A stretch of DNA of 64,000 nucleotides, from contig CAIVSY010000041.1 of the NCBI GenBank assembly GCA_903908715.1, positions 11,314 through 75,313 of the forward strand, given 5' to 3'. This document shows, piece after piece, positions 1 to 9,260 of the stretch. The stretch's first letter is position 1, and each line of letters opens with the position of its first letter. The stretch comes from an uncultured bacterium (lineage in GTDB: Bacteria; Verrucomicrobiota; Kiritimatiellia; CAIKKV01; CAITUY01). A program made the translations under genes and the position numbers. The notes below the pieces were generated by a model. That model was given only the letters and a program-made list of their open reading frames with translations, had not been told where the DNA came from and ran no database searches.

Positions 1-2
1 CC

Positions 3-476
3 GGCAACATGGCCTTCCGTCGTTCGCTCTACGACGCGATCGGGCCGCTGGATGAATCCCTCCTCTGGCTCGAGGATTTCGACTTCAACCTGCGTGTACG
101 CAAGGCCGGGTACCGGATCCGGTTCACCCCCCGCGCAGGCGTCCATATCCGAGGACGGGAATCCTTCCGCGCCATCCTGCGGAAATTCTACCGGTGGGGC
201 CTGAACATCCGCAGCGTCTATGTTCCCGGCCGGCGGGAGCAGTTCTGGCTGTTTCCCGACCATCCCCGCCTGTTCCCGCTCAACGGACCCTTGCGCGCCG
301 TGAATGAGACGTGGGTCACGGTCAAACGCTGGTTTCCCGTTTGCCCCGTGAAGATCCTTCTCCTCGTTCCCGCAATCCTGATCTTTCGTTCCGCCTGGGC
401 CTGGGGCATGATGAGCGGCGCGTCCGCTCCGGGAACGGGCCACCCTTCTCCTGCGGAAAGGCATGGTGCATCATGA
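3..476 (+). CDS. Glycosyltransferase family 2, C-terminal part (5'-truncated by window edge)
   Basis: ORF 9..476 continues to the window edge. GT2-type C-terminal motif LWLEDFDFNLRVRKAGYRIRF. Stop overlaps the next start as ATGA at 473-476. Confidence 0.6.
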   Translation, partial: GNMAFRRSLYDAIGPLDESLLWLEDFDFNLRVRKAGYRIRFTPRAGVHIRGRESFRAILRKFYRWGLNIRSVYVPGRREQFWLFPDHPRLFPLNGPLRAVNETWVTVKRWFPVCPVKILLLVPAILIFRSAWAWGMMSGASAPGTGHPSPAERHGAS

Positions 477-2254
477 TATCCCTCGCGGCGGAAAAAACCA
501 CACTCCGGGGAATCGGCCTGCTTCTGGGCCGCCGGGGCCTCCTCCTGTTCCTCGTCAGCGCCTGCGCGTCGATCCTGCTCTCCGTCATCGAATATGCCAT
601 TGCCCTGTTCCTGGTCCTCTTCCTCTTCGCGCTCGGCATCACCTCCGCCGCGAAACTTCCCTCATGGCTTCCCTTCCGGCCGGACACGATCCCCGTGATC
701 TGGATCTGGTCCGGGATGCTGGGCATCGCCTTCCTGCAATGCCTTGCCACCATCGCCTCGTTCCAGTCCAAGATCCTGCTGATGGGAACGGTGGGGACCC
801 GCCTGCAAATGCTTCTGGCCTACCGCATGCTGCGCAAGGAATCGAATCATCCGATGCCTTTCAGCGAGGTGGATTTCCTCCTGTCCGAGTGCTTTGCCAA
901 GGCCGCGGGCTTCGTTTTCTATTTCACGCAGACCCTTTCCTTCCTCATCCAGGTCCTGCTGATGACGGCCGGGATGATCTTCCTCGCGTGGGGCGAGGCC
1001 TTGACCGGCCTGGCCGGGCTGTGCCTCATGGCGCTGGTGGTCCTGCGTTTCAACCGCAAGGCGCAGCAGCTTTCGCGCAAGGTTCCGGAAGCCGGCGCCA
1101 GCCTGCATCGCATCAAGACCCGCGTCCTGCGGAACTGGATGCTGATCAAGGTCCTGCGCATCCAGGACCGTGAATACCGGGGATTCCTCGATGCCAGCTT
1201 CCAGGGGTTCCGCCACAACTCGCTGGCCTATCTCTTCGCGAATATGAGTCTCGCGGTCCTGCCGGTGGCCGGCGTACTGGTCCTGGCTGCGATGGTCGCA
1301 GCCAATACCCTGGTCTTTCACACGCCGACGGCCGCGTTCGTGGCCTTCCTGTACCTTTTCATCCGTATGCAGCAGCGGCTTGCGAATGGCGCGAACATGA
1401 TGGGCGATCTTTTCACCGCCCGGCACCAGTTCAACGCCTGCCTGGCCATGATGGATGAGCTGACCGAAACCGAACGCTCCCAGGCGTTCGAGCCGTCCTC
1501 GATGTTCCGCATCCGCCACAGGCAGCTGCCGTGGCCCCAGCCGCCTCCGGCCAGCCGTTCCGCCTCACCGGAACAGGCCCCCGCCGCACCCGCGCTGGTT
1601 GTGCGGGATGTCGCATTCCAATGGCCCAAGAGGGACACGCCGGTCTTCGAGAATCTTTCCTTCACGATTCCCGCGGGGACCCAGTTCGGCATCGTCGGCC
1701 CCAACGGCTGCGGGAAAAGCACACTGCTGGGCTGTCTGCTGGGCATCTACCAGCCCACCAGAGGCACCATCCGCATCCAGGACCGGGAGGCAACCGCGTA
1801 CTTCGCGCAACATGCCGGCCGCATGGCCTATGTCGGCCCTGAGCCCTACCTCATCCAGGGCTCCATCCGCGAGAATCTGCTGTACGGGCTCTCTTCGGAT
1901 CGCGGGGCGGCCGAACTCTGGCAGGCCCTTGCCGCCGTCCGCCTCGACGATTTCGTGCGGGGCCTGCCGGGGGAACTCGACTACCCCATTGCCGAGAACG
2001 GCGAGGGGCTTTCCTCCGGCCAGAAACAGCGCCTGACCATTGCCCGCGCCTTCCTCCGTGAGCCCACTCTCCTCGTGATGGATGAGCCGGCCACGAATGT
2101 GGATGAATCCAGCGAAGCCGCCATCCGGGAAGCCCTGCGGAACCTGAAAGGATATTGCACCGCAATCGTCATATCCCACAAACCGGAATTCCTGCGGGAT
2201 GTGGACCATGTCATGGAAATGAAACCCCCGAAGTCCGCCGCCCATTCCTCATGA
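473..2254 (+). CDS. ABC transporter, fused permease/ATP-binding protein (exporter type)
   Basis: Internal Met55 of ORF 311..2254. N-terminal TM region. Walker A GPNGCGKST, signature LSSGQKQRLTIARAF, Walker B LLVMDEPAT. Confidence 0.85.
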   Translation: MISLAAEKTTLRGIGLLLGRRGLLLFLVSACASILLSVIEYAIALFLVLFLFALGITSAAKLPSWLPFRPDTIPVIWIWSGMLGIAFLQCLATIASFQSKILLMGTVGTRLQMLLAYRMLRKESNHPMPFSEVDFLLSECFAKAAGFVFYFTQTLSFLIQVLLMTAGMIFLAWGEALTGLAGLCLMALVVLRFNRKAQQLSRKVPEAGASLHRIKTRVLRNWMLIKVLRIQDREYRGFLDASFQGFRHNSLAYLFANMSLAVLPVAGVLVLAAMVAANTLVFHTPTAAFVAFLYLFIRMQQRLANGANMMGDLFTARHQFNACLAMMDELTETERSQAFEPSSMFRIRHRQLPWPQPPPASRSASPEQAPAAPALVVRDVAFQWPKRDTPVFENLSFTIPAGTQFGIVGPNGCGKSTLLGCLLGIYQPTRGTIRIQDREATAYFAQHAGRMAYVGPEPYLIQGSIRENLLYGLSSDRGAAELWQALAAVRLDDFVRGLPGELDYPIAENGEGLSSGQKQRLTIARAFLREPTLLVMDEPATNVDESSEAAIREALRNLKGYCTAIVISHKPEFLRDVDHVMEMKPPKSAAHSS

Positions 2255-3423
2255 CCGCTGCCACCCTCCATCCATCCAGGCCGATCACCGGTATCCGTTA
2301 TGTCTCCCTCTGGGAGGCCAGCGGTTATTCCGAAGTGGCCAGGCGGCAGATCCTCGGACTCCATCGGGCCGGCGTGCCCGTGAACTGGACTCCCATGCGG
2401 CGCGGCTCGCTCCAGCACGGCCGGTACGCCCCGGTACCATCCGCCCTCGTGAAGGATCCGGATCTGGAACCGGTGTGCAATGCGCCGGTCGATTACAACT
2501 GGACCCTTGTACATACCGTCCCGGAATACTTCCCCGCATGGGTCCTCGAACCCGGCCGCGGGCATACCGGCGGGATCACCGTCTGGGAAACCGACCGCCT
2601 GCCCCACACCTGGCCCTCCCTCCTGAACCGGATGGACCGGATCTTTGTCCCCTGCCGTTTCAATCGCGACCTGTTTGCCCGCGACGGCGTCCGTAAACCG
2701 ATCCATCTTCTGCCCTACATCCCGCGTTCGGAACCGCTCCCGCCCCGCCGCGACCTCCCCGGCGTACCCGCCTCCCACTTTGTCTTCTACACGATCAACA
2801 CCTGGACCGCCCGCAAGGCGATCTGGCTGACTCTGCAGGCCTACCTGAAGACCTTCACAGCCCGCGATCCCGTTACCCTCGTCATCAAGACCACCGGAAA
2901 CGATCTGACCCGGCCTCGCCTTGTGGAAGGCTGGTATCATTCCACACGGCAGGCCGTACGGAAGCTTCTGCGCCAATACCCTGATCCCGCCGCCGTGGTC
3001 CTGATCGACCGCGAGGTGCCGGCCGCGGACATCCTGGCCCTGCACGCACGCGGGGACTGCTATTTTTCTCTGACCCGTTCCGAGGGATGGGGCATGGGCG
3101 CCTTCGACGCCGCCTCGTGGGGAATCCCTGTGATCATCACAGGTTTCGGCGGCCAGCTGGATTTCCTCCAGCCAGACGCCCCCGGCCTGGTCCGCCACAC
3201 CCTTGTGCCCGTGGATGACCCCATGGGCTATCCGTCCTTTGCGCCCGACCAGAACTGGGCCGAGCCATCGCTCGACCATGCGTCGCAACTCCTGCGGGCG
3301 ATCCTTGAGGATCCGGAGCGGGCCCGGGCCAGCGCCACCCCGATCCGGGAGTTTATCCGCGAGAACTTCAACGAGAAGCAAGTGACCGGGACCCTGATCC
3401 GCAATCTGGAAGGCCGCCCATGA
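2251..3423 (+). CDS. Glycosyltransferase family 4 (GT1-fold)
   Basis: Start Met33 of ORF 2155..3423 overlaps the upstream stop (ATGA). C-terminal GT4 motif SEGWGMGAFDAASWGIPVIITGFGG. Confidence 0.75.
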   Translation: MTAATLHPSRPITGIRYVSLWEASGYSEVARRQILGLHRAGVPVNWTPMRRGSLQHGRYAPVPSALVKDPDLEPVCNAPVDYNWTLVHTVPEYFPAWVLEPGRGHTGGITVWETDRLPHTWPSLLNRMDRIFVPCRFNRDLFARDGVRKPIHLLPYIPRSEPLPPRRDLPGVPASHFVFYTINTWTARKAIWLTLQAYLKTFTARDPVTLVIKTTGNDLTRPRLVEGWYHSTRQAVRKLLRQYPDPAAVVLIDREVPAADILALHARGDCYFSLTRSEGWGMGAFDAASWGIPVIITGFGGQLDFLQPDAPGLVRHTLVPVDDPMGYPSFAPDQNWAEPSLDHASQLLRAILEDPERARASATPIREFIRENFNEKQVTGTLIRNLEGRP

Positions 3424-4352
3424 ATACCCCGATCCCCAGACAATTCCACTTCGTCTACGGCCTTCGCCCGCAGGACCGGCCCTTCCCCCTGATGCATTAC
3501 CTCTGCCTGGAATCCTGCGCAAGGATCAACCGGCCGGACCGCATCTTCCTGCACTGTCATCACGAACCCTATGGCGTCTACTGGGACCTGATCCGCCCCC
3601 GGCTGCATATCCGGCGTGTTCCGCTCAACGCCTTTGTCAGCGGCTACCAGTACAAGGATCCCTCCCTCGCACGGTACCGGTATGCCCACCAGTCGGACTT
3701 CATCCGCATGGAGGCCCTGCTGGAACATGGCGGGATCTATGCCGATATCGACACCCTGTTCGTACATCCCCTGCCCGAGCGCCTGTTTGCCCACCCTTGC
3801 GTGCTCGGCCGCGAAGGCGATGTCACCGATGCTCCCGGCACGCCGCCCCGGCCCTCGTTGTGCAATGCCTTCATCATGGCTGTCCCGCAGTCCGCCTTCC
3901 TTCGTCAGTGGTACGAGGAACTGGGTACGGCTTTTGACGGCTCATGGAGCCAGCATTCCACCGCGCTCCCCTGGACACTCAGCCGCCGATACCCCGATTG
4001 GGTCCATGTCGAACCCATGCGCAGTTTCTACAAGTACCAGTGGACCCGGGAGGACCTGCATCGCCTGCTGGAAGCGGCCGAAGATCAGGAGCCCGATGTG
4101 TTCAGCATCCATCTCTGGGCCCATTTGTGGGAATCCCGCGGGCGGCGTGACTATTCCCGTTTCCATTCCGCCCTGATCACGGAGCGAAGAGTCCGGACGG
4201 TGGATTCAACCTACAACCGGATTGCCCGCCGGGCTCTTCCCCCGCCCGCCCTCCTGCGTCCCTTGCGGTATGCCGCCTCCTGGTGGCTGGCCGCCCTGCG
4301 GATTGCCATCCGGAAGAAACTTCCCGCAACGGCAAAGAGAACTCCATCATGA
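3420..4352 (+). CDS. Glycosyltransferase, GT32-like (Gly_transf_sug DXD family)
   Basis: DFIRMEALLEHGGIYADIDTLF resembles the Gly_transf_sug/Och1-like DXD region. ATGA overlap with the upstream gene. Confidence 0.6.
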   Translation: MNTPIPRQFHFVYGLRPQDRPFPLMHYLCLESCARINRPDRIFLHCHHEPYGVYWDLIRPRLHIRRVPLNAFVSGYQYKDPSLARYRYAHQSDFIRMEALLEHGGIYADIDTLFVHPLPERLFAHPCVLGREGDVTDAPGTPPRPSLCNAFIMAVPQSAFLRQWYEELGTAFDGSWSQHSTALPWTLSRRYPDWVHVEPMRSFYKYQWTREDLHRLLEAAEDQEPDVFSIHLWAHLWESRGRRDYSRFHSALITERRVRTVDSTYNRIARRALPPPALLRPLRYAASWWLAALRIAIRKKLPATAKRTPS

Positions 4353-5584
4353 AGCCGCGCCTGCTGTTCCTGTCGCCCGTCACACCCGCCCCGTCCGGCA
4401 ATGGCCGGGCCATGCGGGCCAACCGGATGCTGACCGCTCTGGCCAGCCGTTTCGAGGTCTCGCTGCTGATCCTGGAGTCACGCCTGACAACCGCACCCGA
4501 CTTCACAACCCTGCGCGAACGGACTGGAGAGATTGTCTTCCTTCCGCCGGAAACAGGGTCGACACCGGTCCAGCGCTTCCGCCGTGCGGTCCTGCGCCGG
4601 ATCCCCTCGCTCTACAGTCTCCTTTTCGGACAACTCCCCGAATGGGCGCCGATTACCCCGCTGCGCCTGGCCCTGGCGGCCGATGCCTTTCCGGGCAAAT
4701 CGTTTGATGCCCTCCACGTATTCCGGTTGCACCTTGCGCCCTATGCCCAGACATGGCTCGACCGACGCGGACGGCCCGCACAGGTCAACCTCGACCTCGA
4801 TGACATCGAATCCGTGACCCGCCGGAGGATCGCCGAGCTGTACCGCATGAATCACCAGCCCTTGCGTGCGCTGGCGAAGAGACGGGAGGCGGAACAACTG
4901 CGGGATCTCGAGAGGCGTTGGCTCCACCGATTCGACCGGGTCTGGGTCTGCTCCGAAACCGACGCCGCACTCCTGCGAAAGACGATCCCCGGCATCCGCA
5001 CCGCCGTCGCGCCCAATGTGGTTTCCATTCCGCCGTCCCGCCCCCCTGCGCCTGTCGCCACTTCTCCCTTCCGCTTCCTTTTCGTCGGAACCCTGGGTTA
5101 CTACCCGAACCAGGACGGTATCCTCTGGCTCGCGCGCGAGGTTCTGCCGCGCCTTCGCCAACAGGCCGATCGTCCCTTCCTTGTCGTTGTCGCCGGAGCC
5201 GGCCTGCCCGGATGGGCGGCCCGCCAACTCCGGCAGGAACCGGAAATCGAGTTCTGCGGTTTTGTCCCGGACCTTTCCGGCCTGTATGCGCAAGCCCATG
5301 CGGTGCTGGTCCCCCTGCGAGCCGGGGGCGGATCCCGCATCAAGATCCTCGAAGCCTTCGCGCAGGGCGTCCCTGTGCTTTCCACCTCCATGGGCGCCGA
5401 GGGGCTGGATGTCCGGGCCGGCGTCGATCTGCTGCTTGCCGATGACGCGGGTGATTTTGCCGGCCACGCCCTGGAACTGATGCGCGATACCCCGCTGCGC
5501 GCCACGCTTTCCGGCAATGCCTTTCAACGGGTGGCCTCCACCTACAGCCCCGCCGCTCTGGCCCGGCTGATCCATGGACCCTGA
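4349..5584 (+). CDS. Glycosyltransferase family 4
   Basis: Met23 of ORF 4283..5584 (ATGA overlap). Motifs FVGTLGYYPNQDG and ILEAFAQGVPVLSTSMGAEGL (GT4 E-x7-E region). Confidence 0.8.
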   Translation: MKPRLLFLSPVTPAPSGNGRAMRANRMLTALASRFEVSLLILESRLTTAPDFTTLRERTGEIVFLPPETGSTPVQRFRRAVLRRIPSLYSLLFGQLPEWAPITPLRLALAADAFPGKSFDALHVFRLHLAPYAQTWLDRRGRPAQVNLDLDDIESVTRRRIAELYRMNHQPLRALAKRREAEQLRDLERRWLHRFDRVWVCSETDAALLRKTIPGIRTAVAPNVVSIPPSRPPAPVATSPFRFLFVGTLGYYPNQDGILWLAREVLPRLRQQADRPFLVVVAGAGLPGWAARQLRQEPEIEFCGFVPDLSGLYAQAHAVLVPLRAGGGSRIKILEAFAQGVPVLSTSMGAEGLDVRAGVDLLLADDAGDFAGHALELMRDTPLRATLSGNAFQRVASTYSPAALARLIHGP

Positions 5585-5593
5585 TGCCCGGAG

Positions 5594-6595
5594 ATGACAA
5601 CGGATGAAGAACCTGCCACAGAGGCTTCCCCGATGAACGCGGGGCGCATTTTCCGGCGATGGCGACTCCGCCTTCGCAATCGTCGTAGCACGGGCGGGGA
5701 TCCCCGGGGCCGCGTCCGGATCGTCTTCGCCAACGGTTGCTTCGACCAGCCGCTGAGTCTGGAGCAACAGCCGGTCACGCCCGGCGTCCGACTGAGCGGG
5801 AATCCGCGGGAAGCCGCAACGGCCGATGCCGTCGTCTTTCATATCCCCAACCTGCGGACTCCGATGCCGGCCAAGACACCCGGCCAGCTCTGGGTGGCCT
5901 GGTCCATGGAATGCGAGGCCCACTATCCGCTTCTGGCCGATCCGGACTTCATGAGCCAGTTCGACCTGACCATGACCTACCGCCGCGATTCCGATATTCC
6001 CCTGTCGTACATCGCCGGAGACTACGACGGGATCCTCGAACTTCTGCGTCGTCCGGCGCCGCCGAAACACCCGGGCCATGTGGCCGCCTCGATTGTATCC
6101 GGACGCTTTGATGCCTGCGGCCGCAGGCAATACCTGACCCGGTTGTCGGCCCGGATGCCGGTCCACACGTACGGGAGGCAGGGCACCCATCGCATGCCTT
6201 CACCGGACCGGGGACAACTGACCAAGCGCGAAGTGCTGGCCTACTACAAGTTCAACTGCGCTTTCGAGAATGCCATCGCCACGGACTACGTGACCGAAAA
6301 GTTTTATGACCCCCTGTATGCGGGCTGTGTACCGGTCTACCGCGGCGCTCCCAACGTGGAGGCCTTTGTCCCCGGCGATTCTTGCTGCATCGATACCTCG
6401 CGATTCCACTCCGCCGATGATCTCGCCGGATACCTGATGGAACTCGACCGCGATGAGGCGGCCTATCGTCGTTTCCTGGACTGGAAAACCCGTCCCTTGC
6501 GGCCTGCATTCCTTGAATACCTGGAATTCAGTACCCGCGGGCCGCGGCCCATCGAACGACTGGCACGCGCCGTACAAGCCCGTCGCATCACCTGA
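5594..6595 (+). CDS. Glycosyltransferase family 10 (alpha-1,3-fucosyltransferase-like)
   Basis: YKFNCAFENAIATDYVTEKFYDPLYAGCVPVYRG matches the conserved GT10 FucT motif (Y-F-L-FENS-DYVTEK). Confidence 0.75.
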   Translation: MTTDEEPATEASPMNAGRIFRRWRLRLRNRRSTGGDPRGRVRIVFANGCFDQPLSLEQQPVTPGVRLSGNPREAATADAVVFHIPNLRTPMPAKTPGQLWVAWSMECEAHYPLLADPDFMSQFDLTMTYRRDSDIPLSYIAGDYDGILELLRRPAPPKHPGHVAASIVSGRFDACGRRQYLTRLSARMPVHTYGRQGTHRMPSPDRGQLTKREVLAYYKFNCAFENAIATDYVTEKFYDPLYAGCVPVYRGAPNVEAFVPGDSCCIDTSRFHSADDLAGYLMELDRDEAAYRRFLDWKTRPLRPAFLEYLEFSTRGPRPIERLARAVQARRIT

Positions 6596-6604
6596 ATCTT
6601 CCAC

Positions 6605-6997
6605 TCAAAGGCTCACGGTCGACAGATTCAACAATTTGTTGCTTGTGCAAAGGTCAAGAACATCCACCAGCTGCTCGTGTGTGGAATCCGGGGCGCATTT
6701 GACCAGGACCGTTTGCGTGGCACTGGCCTTGGCAATCCTCTGAACCAATAATTGTAGCGTGGAAAAGGGAACAGCCCTGTCATTCAAGGTAAAACCATCC
6801 GTATAGATGCCAATTTGCAGCACAGGGACCGCATTCGTCACGGGCCCTTCAGGAGCCGATGGCCGGTTGACCGTCAGTTGCGCCAGTATATCCTCCGGCT
6901 TCAGGGTGATGAGGAAGAAGATCAGCAACTGGAACACACAGTCAATCATAGGGGTCATGTCCAATTGCGGCTCGCTATTCCGGCTTCTGGCAGGCAT
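6605..6997 (-). CDS. exbD: ExbD/TolR family biopolymer transport protein (orphan)
   Basis: N-terminal MTPMIDCVFQLLIFFLIT TM motif typical of ExbD/TolR. No adjacent ExbB/TolQ. Confidence 0.7.
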   Translation of the reverse strand: MPARSRNSEPQLDMTPMIDCVFQLLIFFLITLKPEDILAQLTVNRPSAPEGPVTNAVPVLQIGIYTDGFTLNDRAVPFSTLQLLVQRIAKASATQTVLVKCAPDSTHEQLVDVLDLCTSNKLLNLSTVSL

Positions 6998-7312
6998 ATG
7001 GCCTCCTTTCGGCGGTTACCGGGAACTCACCTCCCGCACACCACCTCTTTAAAGCCTATTACCGGCTGACGCCGAAATATTACAGCCACTTCGGGCTAAC
7101 ACCCTTCCTGGCGTTTCAGCCTGCGCACCTACCCTTTTTTCCGGTCCTGTTGCTCGCAACAGGTCTTCTCGCCGCTCCCGTGATGATACTTGCGGCAGGC
7201 TTCACAGTCACCATGGCGCGGGCAACCCGGCCACGTGCAGGGACATTCCTTCTTCTGATTCTCCATCACACACCTGCCCTTTCCTTCTCGTTGCGTACGG
7301 CAACCGCGCCCT

Positions 7313-8053
7313 TCAATAGGTATCCGGCTGTCCGAGCCGCTTTTCCAGCGCATCCCCGTGCTGAGCGAGAGAGACAAGCGACTTTGCCAGCGCGTCCGGC
7401 TGGAGCGTCGCCCTGCAATGCGTGGCCACCAGGGCAAAACAGAGGGTATCCTCCACCAGGGCCAGCGCAACCGCGCCGTAGGCAAGGGACATATTAAGCT
7501 TGAGCACGGACTCGTAGTGTTCCGGCTTCGCCGCGCCGCAGGGCGTGGTCAGCTGAACCATGAAATGGCCGTCGGCATCCCGCGCGGAAAAGTCCACCCG
7601 GATACTCTGCGTCCGCCGGCCCGGCAGGTTGAGCGTTACCACAAACTCCTGCCCATCCTCTGAAACCGTTGCCGGAAGATCGAGAACCGCACGGCGCACA
7701 AGATCATGGTTCGAACCGGCAGCCGTACCAGCCCCGGCTTTCGCCTGTAAAAGCCATTCCCGCCATGCCATTCCCCTGCTGCCGAAATCCTGTCCCGTCA
7801 ACATTTTGAGCGCACTGACGACATCCGCCACATTCCGGCCCTGGTCAAGCTGGTCCAGCAAGGGAAGGATCGCCGCTTCGCCGCCGATTTCGGAAAGCAC
7901 CTTGATGGCCGCCCAGCGGACGCCTTCATCCCTGTCCTGCAGGAGCGGCACCACTACGGGGACCGCCTCTTTCCCCTGTTCGACCAGTTGATCCATGGTG
8001 GCCGCACGAGACGCGATGCGGTAAAGGCCCTGTCTTGCCAGTGAGGTTTCCAT
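7313..8053 (-). CDS. HEAT-repeat protein with YbjN-like C-terminal domain
   Basis: Internal Met (METSLARQ) of the long GC-skewed ORF 7313..8887. HEAT-like VPLLQDRDEGVRWAAIKVLSEIGGEAAILPLL. The upstream 830 aa-equivalent is Arg/Gly-rich and likely not coding. Confidence 0.45.
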   Translation of the reverse strand: METSLARQGLYRIASRAATMDQLVEQGKEAVPVVVPLLQDRDEGVRWAAIKVLSEIGGEAAILPLLDQLDQGRNVADVVSALKMLTGQDFGSRGMAWREWLLQAKAGAGTAAGSNHDLVRRAVLDLPATVSEDGQEFVVTLNLPGRRTQSIRVDFSARDADGHFMVQLTTPCGAAKPEHYESVLKLNMSLAYGAVALALVEDTLCFALVATHCRATLQPDALAKSLVSLAQHGDALEKRLGQPDTY

Positions 8054-8148
8054 GCGCCGAAGATAGGGTTCCCCGCACCGGTAATCAACACCATTGTGAC
8101 CCGTTGACAGGCGGGAACAACCTGCCGCATGCCGATGCGACATTTCCC

Positions 8149-9225
8149 TCACAGGAGCCCGGGATTCATCCTCCATATCTCCAACGCCAGCGCCGCGGCA
8201 AAGGCCAGCCATGCAAGGTACGGAAGGAGCAGCCACGCGGCAGACGGCCGAACCCGCCTGAACCGGCGGATCGTTTCCAGCACCAGTCCGACCAGGAGCA
8301 GGATTTCCAGGAAGGCCAGCCCGCCCAGTCGCCACGCGAAGAACAGCCAGCTCCACAGGGCATTCGCCGCCAACTGTACCGCGTACACCATCAGGGCGCC
8401 GCGCGCCGCGCGCAATCCGCCCGTCTTCCAGACCCGCCACGCGGCCACCGCCATCATTGTATAGAGCAGGCTCCAGACAGGCCCGAAAACCCATCCCGGC
8501 GGCGCCCATGGCGGACGCGCCAATTCCGCGTAAAAGGCGCCCGCCCGCGCCGTGGCGGCCCCGCCAACCGCCGCCGCCAGACAGGTGACCAGCAGGCACA
8601 CCAGCAGACCCAGGGCGGCGCGCCATCCCCGCCGGTCCGTGCCGGCGCCTTCCGCCGCACCGGGATACAGGTTCCACGCGGACATCTCGGCAAGCGATTT
8701 CCTGGACCGTTCCCGCACCGCCTGTTGTTCCCCGGAATAGCCCAGCGTAATGATCAGGACCGGCCGAGCCGCCGCGGGAATCGCCAGGATCTCGCGCACA
8801 CGCTGCGCATCGAACCATCCCAGCATGCAAGTCCCCAAACCTTCCTCCGCGGCCTGCAGGCAGAAATGCTCGGCGGCAATGGCGCAATCCATCATCGGGA
8901 ACGGCAGGTCCTGGAGCGCCGCGCCCACCCGCGCCGATGTACGGGCCGGCTCCGCCACCACAACAACCAGTACCGGCGCCTGCCGCGTGAAGTGATTCAG
9001 GGGTAATACCCCGCCGCTCGTCGCGGCCGCCACCTTTTCCTTGCGCACCGGGTCATCCACCACAATGAATGTCCACGGCTGGGAATTGCAGGCCGATGGC
9101 GCCTGGCGTGCCGCTTCCAGGCACCGCTCAACCTGTGCCCGCTCCACAGGTCGCGCCTCGTAACAGCGAACGCTGTGCCGCAACGCCACAAGATCCAGAA
9201 ACCGCTCCGTCCTTCCCTCTTTCAT
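8149..9225 (-). CDS. Nitroreductase-domain / TspO(MBR) fusion protein
   Basis: N-terminus ALRHSVRCYEARPV...ACNSQPWTFIVV (nitroreductase fold). C-terminus PPWAPPGWVFGPVWSLLYTMMAVAAWRVW...LFFAWR (TspO/MBR tryptophan-rich 5-TM). Confidence 0.7.
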   Translation of the reverse strand: MKEGRTERFLDLVALRHSVRCYEARPVERAQVERCLEAARQAPSACNSQPWTFIVVDDPVRKEKVAAATSGGVLPLNHFTRQAPVLVVVVAEPARTSARVGAALQDLPFPMMDCAIAAEHFCLQAAEEGLGTCMLGWFDAQRVREILAIPAAARPVLIITLGYSGEQQAVRERSRKSLAEMSAWNLYPGAAEGAGTDRRGWRAALGLLVCLLVTCLAAAVGGAATARAGAFYAELARPPWAPPGWVFGPVWSLLYTMMAVAAWRVWKTGGLRAARGALMVYAVQLAANALWSWLFFAWRLGGLAFLEILLLVGLVLETIRRFRRVRPSAAWLLLPYLAWLAFAAALALEIWRMNPGLL

Positions 9226-9260
9226 CCGTGTCCTCGCTTCCGTCCCTGCTCCGCGGTCTC

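Noticed and set aside
1981-6190. Minus-strand ORFs 1981..3522 and 4478..6190
   Set aside because: Antisense to the GT4, ABC and GT10 genes. Arg/Gly/Pro-rich. High-GC frame artefacts.
7313-8887. Full 524-aa ORF as one protein
   Set aside because: The N-terminal 278 residues are Arg/Gly/Ala low-complexity with no fold signal. Only the C-terminal 246 aa (HEAT plus YbjN-like) look genuine, so the internal Met was used.
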